DNA of 64,000 nt from Octopus vulgaris (GCA_951406725.2 OX597817.1:160208001-160272000); one strand, 5' to 3'; counted from the first letter of the stretch, positions 1 through 13,892 are shown. Numbers and translations: made by a program. The notes: a model not told the origin generated them from the sequence alone.

Positions 1-150
1 AGTGTTTCTCAACCCTATTTTTCCCTATGGAACCCTTTAATTCCTATTTTACTCGACTGGACCTCCATAACCATTCGATGTGTACAAAATCCCATTATAT
101 TTTTATAATCAAGTATTATTAGGAATTGTATAAAAAGAATTGTTAAAATG
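1..150. mobile_element. hAT-like MITE fragment (one end at window edge)
   Basis: Begins (C)AGTGTTTCTCAACC, typical of Charlie/Buster hAT termini; internally similar to 17394-17603. Confidence 0.45.
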
Positions 151-293
151 TTTTTGTTTATTGTTGGTGTGTTTACGTCCCCGTAACTTAGCGGTTCGGC
201 AAAACATACCGATGGACTAAGTACTAGGCTTACAAAGAATAAGTCCTGGAGTCGATTTGTTCGACATATAAAAGAATAATAAAAAAGAAAGAA

Positions 294-716
294 TTACTCT
301 TTTACTCTTTACTCTTTTACTTGTTTCAGTCATTTGACTGCGGCCATGCTGGAGCACCGCCTTTAGTCGAGAAAATCGACCCCGGGACTTATTCTTTGTA
401 AGCCCAGTACTTATTCTATCAGTCTCTTTTGCCGAACCGCTAAGTGACGGGGACGTAAACACACCAGCATCAGTTGTCAAGCAATGCTAGGGAGACAAAC
501 ACAGACACACAAACACATACACACACATACATATATATATATACATATATACGACAGGCTTCTTTCAGTTTCCGTCTACCAAATTCACACACAAGGCATT
601 GGTCGGCCCGGGGCTATAGCAGAAGACACTTGCCCAAGATGCCACGCAGTGGGACTTGAACCCGGAACCATGTGATTGGTTAGCAAGCTACTTACCACAG
701 AGCCACTCCTGCGCCT
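294..716 (-). mobile_element. SINE family A, full length
   Basis: tRNA-like head GGCGCAGGAGTGGCT..TGGTAAGTAG..GGTTCA, CORE-like CTTGGGCAAGT, internal (TA)n(TG)n, tail (GTAAAAGA)n; more than 20 copies in window. Confidence 0.9.
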
Positions 717-874
717 GATTGTGGAAATATTCTTTTCTACTATAGACACAAGGCCCGAAAATTTGTGGGGAGGAGGCTAGTCGATTAGATCGACCGCAGT
801 AAGCACCTCGTACTCTGTTACTAGAGCCATGTGTGATAATGCAGAATCTTGCTGAAACACATAGCTTTCCATTT

Positions 875-1636
875 TATACACTGTCTATCCAGGGCTTAAC
901 AATTATTTCCTGGACCTCAGTGTAGGCGAAAGAGTTAACTCTAAGACCTTGCGGAAAGAAGTAAGGAGGCATCACATGTCCTTCATTGCTGACAACCCCT
1001 AAAACCATAACAGTTGCAGGAAATTTTGTATGCATAACACTATGAACTGAAGAAGGGTTTGCACATAACCATCTGTCATTTCTTCTGTTATCTTTTTGAT
1101 TTGGCTCGAAGTTTTTCTCGTTCGAGAAAAACCAAATCAAATCTTCAGCTGGATTTTTCAATTTGTTTAAGAGCATTTTAGATCTGATGTAGTGATTTTC
1201 GTTTGCTTTTTCTGACAAATTGACCTTTCTTCATCATATAATACTTATATCTGATGTCTTCGTGGACAACATTTCTGACTGTTCCTTCTGACACATGGAG
1301 ATCTTTTGCAACTGACCTCATGGAATTTCTGGGATTATAATCAATGATCTGTTGAACTTGCTGGATAAATTCAGGTTTTCTGATGACTTCAGAGTGTTTA
1401 GAATGCTGTTTATGCTTTGATATGTTTCCATCTCCACTCTCTAGCTCTCTATATCTGGCAACTTTTAAAAATCGAGATATTTCTAAATCGCTATGCTCAG
1501 ACTTTATAACCACAATAACAGCATGCCTCTTCATTTCGTGAGTAAGCTGAGGGTCTGCCATTATTATTTTCTGAAACAAAGATTATACAGAGTTAGCCAA
1601 AAAAAAAATGCAGCAATGACCCCAAAACGCACCCTG
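875..1636 (-). mobile_element. Tc1/mariner-superfamily DD37D (maT-like) transposon, 5' part, frameshifted
   Basis: ORFs 1178-1579 (HTH region) and 874-1218 (FFSNEKNF..HTKFPATVMVLGVVSNEGHVMPP); terminus TA|CAGGGTGCG at 1636. Confidence 0.85.
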
Positions 1637-2109
1637 TATAAAAATATATTGTCTGATAACGGACAGAGTCAACATCCATTGACAAAGTTGCAAAGGCAAA
1701 TTTTGGAAAAGTAAAAATATAAATAATTAATGAGAGGAAATTGAACCTGTGAGTGTGTTAGATATTAAGGCAGTATGATTCTCAGCAATATTGTAATAGA
1801 TTTGCACCAGAAACCGAAACCTCAGGGATGAGTTGAATAATACTATATAATCTATTTATGTATCTATTTATTGCCTGTTTTGTTATGAGCGATATTGTTA
1901 TCGTTTAGCCCTAGGTCAGGCTTGATCCAGCACCCCTTTATGATCAACGGTATTGCAATTGTGACCATTCGTATTATGTCTATTTTTCGCTATAGTTAGT
2001 ACAACGTTATCCAATGTGTCTTTCCGTCCTCTTTTTGGAAATATCGGGTGTGATTTAACGGAGATTTGACTGCTATTTCTAGTCGCCTAAGTGACCACGT
2101 AGAAGATCG

Positions 2110-2500
2110 TTACATGGTAGCTATGATGGTTGTTGTAGTGGTGATTGTGCTGGTGATGGTAGGAGTGGTGTTGCTGGTGACGGTGGTGGTAGCAGTGTTA
2201 CCGTTGGTGCTGGTGGGGAATAGCAATATAGTGATAGTGTTGGTGTTGGTGTTGGTGGTATTCGCAAGAGCAGTACGGGTGGCGATAGTGAGAGTCGTGT
2301 TGGCGGTGGTAGTCATTGCAGTGTGGGCGGCGAAGGTGTTGTTGGTATCGGAGGTGTCGTTGATGGAAGCGGAGGTGTTGTTTGTAGAGCTGGTATTGTT
2401 GGTGGTGGTGGCAGTAGTAATAGAGAAGGTGTTGGTTGTGGTAGTGGTATATAGTGGTATTAGTGTTTGTTAGAAGAAGGAGTGGGGTGGAGGACAATCC
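2110..2500. repeat. Degenerate (GGT/GTT)n low-complexity tract
   Basis: Cryptic trinucleotide repeat giving poly-V and poly-T pseudo-ORFs. Confidence 0.75.
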
Positions 2501-3043
2501 ATAACCAGTTGTCAGAGGCTGCGAAGCGACACCAGATCTTTTGAAAGAATTGGAAAAGGGTGGAATGATATAAAGAAAGGGGTACTTTACATACTTTTTT
2601 TTATATATACTAAGTTACAGAATAAAAAAGAACAAGACAAAAACGGAGTGTGAGAGAGAGTAAGAGGGGGAGGGAGAAGTGGAGAGTGGGAAAGCGAGGA
2701 AATAAAATGGAGGGGTTTTGTGTTCGTGCTTTTGAGAAAGGTGAGAGTGACGTGTAATGAGAAAGGGGGAAGTAAAAGAGAGAGAAAGAAAGAGAGGGTG
2801 TGGTTTGTATCATGTGTATTATGCGGGTAATGTGTGTATGTATGTATGTACGTATGTATGTATGCATGTGTGTGTATATGTATGTGTGTATCTATGTATG
2901 TGGATGTGTGTGTATGTATGTATATGGTGAGATCCAGAGATGCTATATATTTAACATGTATATATATTATGTATGCATGTATATTTTGTAAATCAAGCCC
3001 AAGCGTGTTTATTTGCGCCACTATCTCAATATGTATGTATATG

Positions 3044-3105
<62 letters not shown>

Positions 3106-3108
<3 letters not shown>

Positions 3109-3890
3109 AGTCATTCCATAAATAATGCGTTTTTTTAATACTTATATTTTTCAAAATATACTCTCCTTCATTTTCTACAATGCTCTTCCATCTATCTGGT
3201 AGACTTGCAAGGCCCCACTTCCAAAATTCACTTGTCCGTCACGAAAAATACTCCTCCAGTACTGTTCTGACCTCGTCTACAGAATTCATATTTTTTCCGT
3301 CCAAATGTTTTTGAAGACTGCAGAATAAATAATAAATTAGATGGGCAATGACCGGCGAATATGGTGAGTAGGGCATCGTTTCCCTTTCAAATTGCTCCAG
3401 CCTTTGGAATGTCATCCTCGCTGTATGTGGCCGAGCATTAATTCTGATGGAAGAACATCTTTCGTCTTGAAACCAAAGATGGCCATTTTCCGATGGCGCG
3501 CAGGTGTCGATGAAATAGTTGAATGACCAAATCCATGCTTCTCTGCTAGTTGTTCCTCAACAGTTACAATAGGATTTTGTTCCACCAAGGTTTGCAAGAC
3601 GTTCTCGTCGAGCTCTACAGATCTTCCAGGACGAGACACGTCTTCTAGGCTGTAGTTTCCGGCTCGGGATTTCTGGAACTACCGTTAACTTACGCTTATT
3701 ATCCGACCTCCATATACCGCATAAATATTCCTCGCACTTTCCGTTGCGTTGTTGCCTTTATTGATCTCATAAAGCAAAATATGCCGAATGCGTTCCTTTG
3801 TCACTTCCATTATAACAAAATAACTGTTAAAATCGAACTCTTCAAAACTTGCACTAAAAACAGGAACGTTACGGCCGTTTCGCATCTTCT
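3106..3890 (-). mobile_element. mariner transposon, internally deleted pseudogene
   Basis: MEVTKERIRHILLYE..GNNATESARNI; SRPGRS..LVEQNP..LAEK HTH; decayed YSPD-type region near the C-terminus; left end abuts (TA)n. Confidence 0.85.
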
Positions 3891-3974
3891 TCATATAATA
3901 ATAATTCTAGTGTATGATAAAGTATGTTATATAACACACACATATGCATGGGCACACAAACTCACACAGAAGTA

Positions 3975-4330
3975 TAGGAGCAGACGTGTTTGTGTGTTAA
4001 GAGGTTTGCTCCCCAACCACATGGTTTAATCCCACTGCGTAACACCTTAGGCAAGTGTCTTCTGCTATAGTCTCGGGTCGACCAAAGCCTTGTGAGTAGA
4101 TTTGGTAGGCGGAAACTGAAAAGAAACCCATCAGATATATGTATGCGCATTTGTGTTTCTTCACCTCTCTGCCGCTTGATAACCACTGTTACATGTGTAT
4201 GTCCCCGTAACCTAGCGGATTGTCAAAAGAGACCGACAGAATGAACGTCAAGCTTAAAAAGATAACTCCCGAGGTCGATTCGTTTAATTACATGAAAGCC
4301 AGCACGGCTGCAGTCCGATGACCGAAAAAA
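3975..4330 (+). mobile_element. SINE family A, diverged
   Basis: Colinear with family A consensus, many substitutions. Confidence 0.75.
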
Positions 4331-4339
4331 AAATTAAAT

Positions 4340-5850
4340 GTATGTATGTACGTCATTATTCATTTTATTTCAAGATTTCTTGCCAACAGAGAAAGAACCA
4401 GTTTCTAACCTAAATCCAAAGCTCCTTCATTGGAATTTCAACATCAATAACACAGTATTTTTGTATGTATGTATGTATGTATGTATGTATGTATGTATGT
4501 ATGTATGTATGTATGTATTATGTTTATGTATGTCATTATTCAGTTTATTTCAAGATTTCTTGCCAATAGAGAAAGAGTCGGTTTCTAACCTAGATCCAAG
4601 GCTTCTCCATTGGAATTTCAATATCAACAACAGAGTATTTTTGTTTGTATGTATTATGTACAGATTTGTATGTTTTATGTGTGTATTCTCATGCATATAG
4701 TTGCATATCTAGACATGCTCATATATATATAAATGGTAAACTTCTGGAAAGTTTTACAGATTTTTACAGTTCCTGTGATGGATTGGATCTGTAGTCTTCG
4801 ATTAGCTTTCTCCTTTCTAGTTTTGAGAAGCTTAATTTCTCATGATTGGTATTTAGGCAGTGTGTTACATATCCCAGGGCCTCAATAATTACAGGTATAA
4901 ACCTGAACTTGTAATCTGGATAGAGTAACTGCAGATTTATCAATAGTTCAGCACAAGTGTTCTCTTTTTTACTGATCTTCAGCTTTATGTTAACATCCAC
5001 TGGGTAGCTAATTTCCACAACTGTTCACAGTTTCTCTTCTCTATCCCAAATCATCATATCAGGTCTATTGTGCTTACATTTTTTTGAAGTCTTCACTGGT
5101 ACATTCCACCATTATTCCTTTTTATTATGAGTGGTTATGGCTTCTACCATATTGTGGGTTCTTTTTTTCTTTATCGTTGGGATTATCCTTCCGACGGATT
5201 TCATTATAGTGTCCTAGCTACAACGTCATGGCTCATTGGTAGATAATACCGTGATGACATTTTCGGACAACTGCCTATGATGTGGGTGATATCTTCAGTG
5301 TGAACTCCACAAAATCTGCATCGGTTGTCACACTTTACGGCTTTATCTGCATCTCTATCCCTTTTGTGCATCAGATACTTGGTTGATATTTCCTGTTCTT
5401 GGATTGCAAACGCATAACCTTCAAAGTGGGAGGTAGTAATCCAGCTATTAGTCCATGATAAACTGCTTCGATGATCGATGTTACTATCATAACGGAGTTT
5501 TCTATTAACATATCCATGCATAGTCTTCTGCTCATATAGGCTCATCCTTTCATCTGATGTTGCGTTTTATGATGTTATCAGCCTCATGTATGCAAACTTG
5601 GCCAAGAGATGCACTTCGACAGTTGATAGTTAAAAGATGTTGCCGAAGGGATATGATGTGACATTCAAAGGCATTTTGGATCGATGTTAAGCCTCTTCCG
5701 CCTTGTTTTCGTTTTAGGTAGAGCCGGTCTACGCCACTGTTTATGTGGAAATTGTGTGCTTGTTAGTATTTTACGAGTTTTCACATCAATGGCTCGGATT
5801 TCATCAAACGTCCCCTCAGGCAGCCCAAATGTTGGTATGAGTACTGGCAT
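4340..5850 (-). mobile_element. R4/Dong-like non-LTR retrotransposon 3' fragment (restriction-like endonuclease), duplicated 3' tail
   Basis: CRFCG..EDITHIIGSC zinc knuckle, SHD (RHD) motif, NRPD..VEIS, IPVIIEALG; 3' UTR repeated at 4352-4463 and 4532-4645; flanked by (TACA)n. Confidence 0.85.
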
Positions 5851-6262
5851 TGTATGTATATTTATGTATGTATGTATGTATTTTAAAGTTATATATCATT
5901 GCTATTATGCAAAAGTGTCGTAAGTCCACAGCGTTGCTTTTTCAGAAAACGAAAAATATTTCACCATTTCATAGCAAAACCTTTGCACTATACTTTGACA
6001 ATTTTTGATGTCTTGGCATCTGAAGCAGCTGCAGATACTATAGCTTGACCAAAAGAACCGGTTATTTATTGCAAGCAAATATAAATATTGAAAACACCGC
6101 ATTTGCTCAAATTTGGACATACCACAGTTTACCTATATAAATATTAAAACTACGAGCAAATTAATCGTTGTGTGTGTATGTATATACATATCTTTGTGTA
6201 TGTGTGTGTGTGTGTGTGAGTCTAATATAGAAGTATGTGAATGTGAGTGTGTCAGCACACGG

Positions 6263-6650
6263 TGGAGGCGCAATGGCCCAGTGGTTAGGGCAGCGGACTC
6301 GCGGTCATAGGATCGCGGTTTCGATTCCCAGACCGGGCGTTGTGAGTGTTTATTGAGCGAAAACACCTAAAAGCTCCACGATGCTCCGGCTGTGGATGGT
6401 GGTGATCCCTGCTGTACTCTTTCACCACAACTTTCTCTCACTCTTACTTCCTGTTTCTGTTGTACCTGTATTTCAAAGGGCCGGCCTTGTCACTCTCTGT
6501 GTCACGCTGAATATCCCCGAGAACTACGTTAAGAGTACACGTGTCTGTGGAATGCTCAGCCACTTACACGTTAATTTCACGATCAGGCAGTTCCGTTGAT
6601 TCGGATCAACCGGAACCCTCGTCGTCGTAACCGACGGAGTGCTTCCCCCC
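6263..6650 (+). mobile_element. SINE family C (tRNA-Arg-like head)
   Basis: GGCGCAATGGCCCAGTGGTTAGGGCAGCGGACTCGCGG..GGTTTCGATTCC (A/B boxes), 3' GGAGTGCTTCC; six near-identical copies in window. Confidence 0.9.
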
Positions 6651-6715
6651 TACCTATATAAATATTAAAACTACGACTAAATTAATCGTTGTGTGTGTGT
6701 ATGTATATAGATATC

Positions 6716-6751
<36 letters not shown>

Positions 6752-6761
6752 TCTAATATAT

Positions 6762-6993
6762 GTTTCTTTACTACCCACAAGGGGCTAAACACAGAGGGGA
6801 CAAACAAGAACAGACAAACGGATTAAGTCGATTATATCGACCCCAATGCGCAACTGGTACTTAATTTATCGACCCCGAGAGGATGAAAGGCTAAGTCGAC
6901 CTCGGCGGAATTTGAACCTAGGACGTAGCGGCAGACGAAATACGGCTACGCATTTCGCCCGGCGTACTAACGATTCTACCAGCTCGCCGCCCT
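6762..6993 (-). mobile_element. SINE family B, full length
   Basis: GGCGGCGAGCTGGTAGAATCG..GGTTCAAATTCC..GTAGTAAAGAAA; TSD AGTCTAATATA. Confidence 0.88.
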
Positions 6994-7446
6994 TATAGTC
7001 TAATATAGAAGTATGTGAATGTGCGTGTGTCAGCACACGGGAGATGATGTTCGAGCAGTAACAGCAGTCATGTGATAACGATAAATGTGATGGCGGTGGC
7101 GTTGGTAGAGATTGTGGTGGTGGTGGTGGTGGTGAGGGTGGGCGCCCCCGTTGTCGTGATGGTGGTGAAGATGACGACAACGATGCCACCGAGTAGCCAT
7201 CAGATCTGTCATTTAGAAGTCAAGAATTACCCACTATCAACAATATCATCAACAGAAGCGATTAGCCCATCTCCAAGTCGTTGACGATGCCGCCAGACAG
7301 TCTACGTCTCGTGTCCCCTTTCTATTAGATCTTTACTCTTAGGATCTCCTCACTTCGTCTATGTCTTCCTTTCACTTTGAGACAGATAGCATGTCATGTT
7401 CATAAGCCGTCCTTCCCTTTCCTCATACCTCACCTCTTTCAACTGT

Positions 7447-7539
7447 CCATTCACCCATCCGTCCGTCCATCCATCCATCCATCCATCCATCCATCCATCC
7501 ATCCATCCATCCATCCATCCATCCATCCATCCATCCATC

Positions 7540-7572
<33 letters not shown>

Positions 7573-7690
7573 CCATCCGTCCATCCGTCCATCCATCCGT
7601 CCATCCGTCCATCCATCCATCCATCCATCCATCCATCCATCCATCCATCCATCCATCCATCCATCTCTCCATCCATCCACCCATCCATCT
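7447..7690. repeat. (CCAT)n microsatellite
   Basis: Directly visible. Confidence 0.95.
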
Positions 7691-7855
7691 CTCTTGCCCG
7701 AGACTATAGCAGAAGACACTTGCTCAAGGTGCCACGCAGGTGCCACGCGGTTTGAGGAAAGGGAAGGACGGCTTATGAACGTGACACGCTATCTGTCTCG
7801 AAGTGAAAGGAAGACATAGACGAAGTGAGGAGATCCTAAGAGTAAATAAAACAAA

Positions 7856-8020
7856 GGCGCAGGAGTGGCTGTGTGGTAAGTAGCTTGCTAACCAACCACA
7901 TGGTTCCGGGTTCAGTCCCACTGCGTGGCATCTTGGGCAAGTGTCTTCTGCTATAGCCCCGGGCCGACCAATGCCTTGTGAGTGGATTTGGTAGACAGAA
8001 ACTGAAAGAAGCCTGTCGTA

Positions 8021-8076
<56 letters not shown>

Positions 8077-8300
8077 TGTGTGTGTATATGTTTGTGTGTC
8101 TGTGTTTGTCCCCCTAGCATTGCTTGACAACCGATGCTGGTGTGTTTGCGTTCCCGTCACTTAGCGGTTCGGCAAAAGAGACCGATAGAATAAGTACTGG
8201 GCTTACAAAGAATAAGTCCCGGGATCAATTTGCTCGACTAAAGGCGGTGCTCCAGCATGGCCGCAGTCAAATGACTGAAACAAGTAAAAGAGTAAAAGAG
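7856..8300 (+). mobile_element. SINE family A, full length
   Basis: Match to family A. Confidence 0.9.
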
Positions 8301-8404
8301 TATATTCTGGACATTTTTCTTAAACAGCGAAAAAATAGAGTACATGACATACAAAACAAGGAATTGTATTATATATATATATATACATACATACATACAT
8401 GTAT

Positions 8405-8570
8405 AGGCGTAGGAGTGGCTGTGTGGTAAGTAGTTTGCTTACCAACCACATGGTTCCGGGTTCAGTCCCACTGCGTGGCACCTTGAGCAAGTGTCTTCTG
8501 CTATAGCCTCGGGCTGACCAAAGCCTTGTGAGTGGATTTGGTAAACGGAGACTGAAAGAAGCCCGTCGTA
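8405..8570 (+). mobile_element. SINE family A, 5' half
   Basis: Head through to the internal (TA)n. Confidence 0.85.
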
Positions 8571-8595
8571 TATATGTATATATATATATATATAT

Positions 8596-9302
<707 letters not shown>

Positions 9303-9304
9303 CC

Positions 9305-9530
9305 AGTTAATCCAAACAAGAAAGCACAAAAAACACAACAACGCGAGGGGAACACAGAGGAAAAAAAATCGTATATATATATAATACATACATATATATT
9401 TGTGTTTATATATATATATATAGTTAATCCAAACAAGAAAGCACAAAAAACACAACAACGCGAAGGGAACACAGAGGAAAAAAAATCGTATATATATATA
9501 ATACATACATATATATTTGTGTTTATTTTT
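9305..9530 (-). repeat. Tandem duplication (~118 bp) of an internally deleted copy of the 34440-34636 element
   Basis: AGTTAATCCAAACAAGAAA..CAACAACGCGA..GGGAA.ACAGAGGAAAAAAAA twice; reverse complement of both ends of 34440-34636. Confidence 0.7.
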
Positions 9531-9629
9531 TTTTACATATACATATTTTATATATAATATAGTCTAATATGAGTGATATCTACGCACATAATCGCACGCA
9601 CAGACGCGCACACAAATGCATGCACACGC

Positions 9630-10239
9630 TCAACCTCAAACATCCGGTTAACATCATGGTGTTTGGAGTGATCGCTAGTGATGGCGACGTTATGCCTCCA
9701 TTCATCTTCCCACACTGCCTCAGACTCAACACGGAGGCCCACATCAAGTGACTGGAGGAAGTAGTGCTACCCTGGATGAAGAGGGTGACTGCTGGAAGAC
9801 CCTATGTCTGGCAACAGGACTCACTCTGCGCCTTGTCACACAAGCAGGAGAACTCAGTCATGGCAGTCAGGTAATTTCTGCGACCATATCAGCCCTAACA
9901 TCTGACCACCTAATTCCCCAGACTGCAATCCCCTTGATTATTATGTGTGGGGCGCAGTTGAGCGAGAGACCAACAAAACTCCTTGTAGTACCAAAGACGA
10001 ACTGACGGCAAGGGTTATGCAGCATTCACCGAATTAAACAAGGAGACCGTCCTGAAGAGTTGCAGGAGATTCCAAAGTCGTCTGTAGGCCGTGGTTGAAG
10101 CCAATGGCGATTTTATTGAATAAATTTACTCTTTAGTATTTCAAAATATTTTTATATAATTTTGGTAAATATGTTAAAATGAGATGTCAGTGTTATTTTC
10201 ATTTTTGCGTTATTTAGACGACAATTTATCCACTGCACA

Positions 10240-10242
<3 letters not shown>
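9630..10242 (+). mobile_element. DD37D (maT-like) transposon 3' part with right TIR
   Basis: KHPVNIMVFGVIASDG..YVWQQD..PPNSPDCNPLDYYVW..VEANGDFIE across frameshifts; about 37 residues between the second and third D after frameshift repair; ends ATTTATCCACTGCACACCG next to (TA)n. Confidence 0.85.
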
Positions 10243-10320
<78 letters not shown>

Positions 10321-10338
10321 CATACATACATACATACA

Positions 10339-10369
<31 letters not shown>

Positions 10370-10387
10370 GTACATATATACATACAT

Positions 10388-10453
<66 letters not shown>

Positions 10454-10820
10454 TATTTCGTCTTATAATCTATAGTCATAAAGCAACTCGCCCATCACGT
10501 TTAAAGTTATAAATTCCAGTCGTTTGCCTGTTTATACTTTTATGCTATTATGTGTGTATATATGTGTATATATGTGTATTATATGATTGTGCGCGCGCGT
10601 ATGTGGTTCTACGAAAATAAAATTGTTTTGAGAATGAATAATTCATATGTAACGACAGGTGTTGAACGAAATTATGAAAGTTTTGTTGGAAAGTATAAAT
10701 ATCCCTTCTGAGAAGCACAAAGAATAATTTCGAAGGAAGGGGTAACTTTTTTATATATAGAACATGACACGAAATGAGACATTTCGATATTAAGCGAAGC
10801 AGATTCCTGGTTTATGATTA

Positions 10821-10877
<57 letters not shown>

Positions 10878-11019
10878 GCACCCACACACACATACACACG
10901 CTAACACATACACTCACATACACATACATGTAAATATATGCATGTATGTATGGATGGGTGGATGGATAGAATGATGGATGAATATATATCTATATATGTA
11001 TTTATGTGTATATGTTTAT

Positions 11020-11225
11020 AAACATACATAAAAACACATATACACGCATATATATATAAAATAAAACATATGCATATATATAAACATATATGTACGTACC
11101 TACCTCTACATGTACATATACATGTACATATACACGCATATATGAGTACAGGACACAATGAGAAACGAAAACATAGACACAAACCAAAAGAACTGGACAT
11201 ATATTTAAAAACAACAAAAAAATAG
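11020..11225. mobile_element. Fragment of the repeat family forming the 24228-24752 foldback
   Basis: Shares GAGTACAGGACAC..GAGAAACGAAAACATA with 24350-24408. Confidence 0.6.
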
Positions 11226-11226
11226 A

Positions 11227-11337
<111 letters not shown>

Positions 11338-11632
11338 TGTAATACGTAAGAATTTTATTTTAGAAACAAGAAATATTTAAACAAAAATGTGAGGTAAATC
11401 TGAAAAGAATCAGATGTATTTGAAAACAGGAAATTTCTTTTTCTATCAGAATGAACTACGAAAAAATCTATTGTACAATAACTTCCTTTGTAAACATGAT
11501 CAGTAATAGAAGAATGTCAGGAACTGAAATAAATAAATTGGGGAAATGTATTGCAGAAAGTAGAAAAATCATGGTAGAGAGCGAAAAGGTAATAAATAGA
11601 AGAGCCATAACATAATTTTTATCTGTCTGGGA

Positions 11633-12016
11633 TGGAGGGAAGCACTCCGTCGGTTACGACGATGAGGGTTCCAGTTGATCCGAATCAACGGAACAACCTG
11701 CTCGTGAAATTAACATGTAAGTGGCTGAGCACTCCACAGACACGTGTACCCTTAACGCAGTTCTCGGGGATATTCAGCGTGACACAGAGAGTGACAAGGC
11801 CAGCCCCTTGAAATACAGGTACAACAGAAACAGGAAGTAAGAGAGGAAGTTGTGGTGAAAGAGTACAGCAGGGATCACCACCATCCCCTGCCGGAGCCTC
11901 GTGGAGCTTTAGGTGTTTTCGCTCAATAAACACTCACAACGCCCGGTCTGGGAATCGAAACCGCGATCCTATGACCGCGAGTTCGCTGCCAAACCACTGG
12001 GCCATTGCGCCTCCAC
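11633..12016 (-). mobile_element. SINE family C
   Basis: Full length; 12-bp TSD ATCTGTCTGGGA. Confidence 0.92.
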
Positions 12017-12348
12017 ATCTGTCTGGGACAGTGCAGGTTTGAAACATGCAAATATTCTTAAAAGTCTGTTCGTATGATTATCAAATGCTCACTCGCTGAT
12101 ATACAACAAGCAATGATATCTCTCTGACGTGCTGTATCATTTCGCTCTTCCTGTTGTTAATACTACAATGGCTTCGGTACCTCTGAGAACCCAACAGGGC
12201 TATGTATGTACACTACCTCTATATAAACACATTCGATACACTCACCTCTCATCTATTCTTCCTTACTGTACCTCATCTCTAAACCGTGTTATAAACACTT
12301 TGGCCGCCTAGAGGCTGAAACGTATAAAAGAATATGGACTTCTTCCTT

Positions 12349-12383
12349 CTATCCGATGAAGAGCCATGCTCAAAACATCATAG
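12349..12383 (+). ncRNA. Decayed minimal hammerhead-like motif
   Basis: CTAT-CCGATGAA-GAGC-CAT-GCTC-aAAAC-aTC-ATAG; two G>A changes relative to its sister copies. Confidence 0.45.
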
Positions 12384-12855
12384 CTTTACTCCTATTTTTC
12401 TATCAAAAATTTTCACCGACCGTCAATCATATATATTTACTGTGTTGTTGTTTTTTCTTGTCTTTTTTTTTTTTTGTTCTTAAATTTGCTTACTAGGTCT
12501 AAAGCAAGGGATATGATTTGACAGTGTTTTCACATTTTCATTAACCTTTACTGAAGAGAAATTTTACCTTTGCATGCGAGGAGGACCTGACCCGAAGTGG
12601 ACTCTATCAAAGGTATTCCATTTCCCAGGTGGCGATGTTAAGCGCAGAATACAAAGAACTGGAACAAATACAACGAAATATCTAGCCCGATGTTCTTATA
12701 GTATCACCACGGCACTGGAGCGCTCTTGTTTTATTCACATCGAAAGTAACATTTAGCAGAGTTGAATTTGAACTCAGGAACGAATAGCCGCGACGTCAAC
12801 TATCCGACATTCTAACTGCTCTGCCAATTCGCTGTCATACGCTTCAGTGGAGATC

Positions 12856-13012
12856 AGTGGCTGTGTGGTAAGTAGCTTGCTAACCAACCACATGGTTCCG
12901 GGTTCAGTCCCACTGCGTGGCATCTTGGGCAAGTGTCTTCTGCTATAGCCCCGGGCCGACCAATGCCTTGTGAGTGGATTTGGTAGACGGAAACTGAAAG
13001 AAGCCTGTCGTA

Positions 13013-13104
<92 letters not shown>

Positions 13105-13312
13105 TTTGTGTTTGTGTGTGTCCCTAGCATTGCTTGACAACCGATGCTGGTGTGTTTATGTCCCCGTTACTTAGCGGTTCGGCAAAAGAGACCGATATAA
13201 TAAGTACTGGGCTTACAAAAGAATAAGTCCCGAGGTCGAGTTGCTCGACTAAAGGCGGTGCTCCAGCATGGTCGCAGTCAAATGACTGAAACAAGTAAAA
13301 GAGTAAAAGAGT
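12856..13312 (+). mobile_element. SINE family A (diverged minus-strand partial copy follows at 13345-13560)
   Basis: Match to family A. Confidence 0.88.
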
Positions 13313-13444
13313 AACATATTGGTAAAGAGTGGTAAAGCGCTTGTCTCTTTTACTTGTTTCAGTCAGAGGATTGCGGCAATGCTGGAGCACTGCCTGGAAA
13401 TGCTTACTCCATGAAGCCTATTATTTATTCTGTCGATGTTATTT

Positions 13445-13482
<38 letters not shown>

Positions 13483-13608
13483 GAAACACTAGCTTACGGG
13501 AGCGTAAACAAACCAAGACTGACTGTAAAGAGTTGGGGGTGAGTAACAAACACAAAGACACACATTCATATACTTGCATACATATATACATTCTTTATAC
13601 ACACACAC

Positions 13609-13647
<39 letters not shown>

Positions 13648-13795
13648 TACACCCATAAGCAGAATTTAGGCTAGGTGAAATATGTGACATATTTCAACTG
13701 TAAAAAGGCAAACACACTGCAGTTACCATGGAGAACAAATCTCTCTCATAGTAAAAAAAGTGTGAAAATACCGGGTCGTTCAGTGTCGCCGTCTA

Positions 13796-13857
13796 TTAGG
13801 AATCTCAGACATCGATGTTTCGAGCTATTTTGGCTCGCATCAATGAGATGTACCTAA
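13796..13857 (-). ncRNA. Type I hammerhead-like motif (core variant)
   Basis: ATCTCA-TTGATGC-GAGC..GCTC-GAAAC-ATCGAT-GTC-TGAGAT with outer TTAGG/CCTAA stem. Confidence 0.55.
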
Positions 13858-13892
13858 GAGAGGCAACTCTGAACGAACTTATATATATAAGT

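Noticed and set aside
2066-2497. Hydrophobic poly-V and poly-T ORFs resembling a membrane protein or mucin
   Set aside because: Translation of a degenerate GGT/GTT repeat; no domain or exon evidence.
3412-3894. SETMAR-like domesticated gene
   Set aside because: Stops, frameshifts and a deletion in the catalytic domain; no SET domain.
6266-6338. tRNA-Arg gene
   Set aside because: tRNA-derived SINE head with no proper acceptor stem, always followed by the SINE body.
12774-13130. Recurring ORFs such as [29 protein letters not shown] and MVVIPAVLFHHNFLSLLL as a gene family
   Set aside because: Incidental translations of SINE A and SINE C copies.
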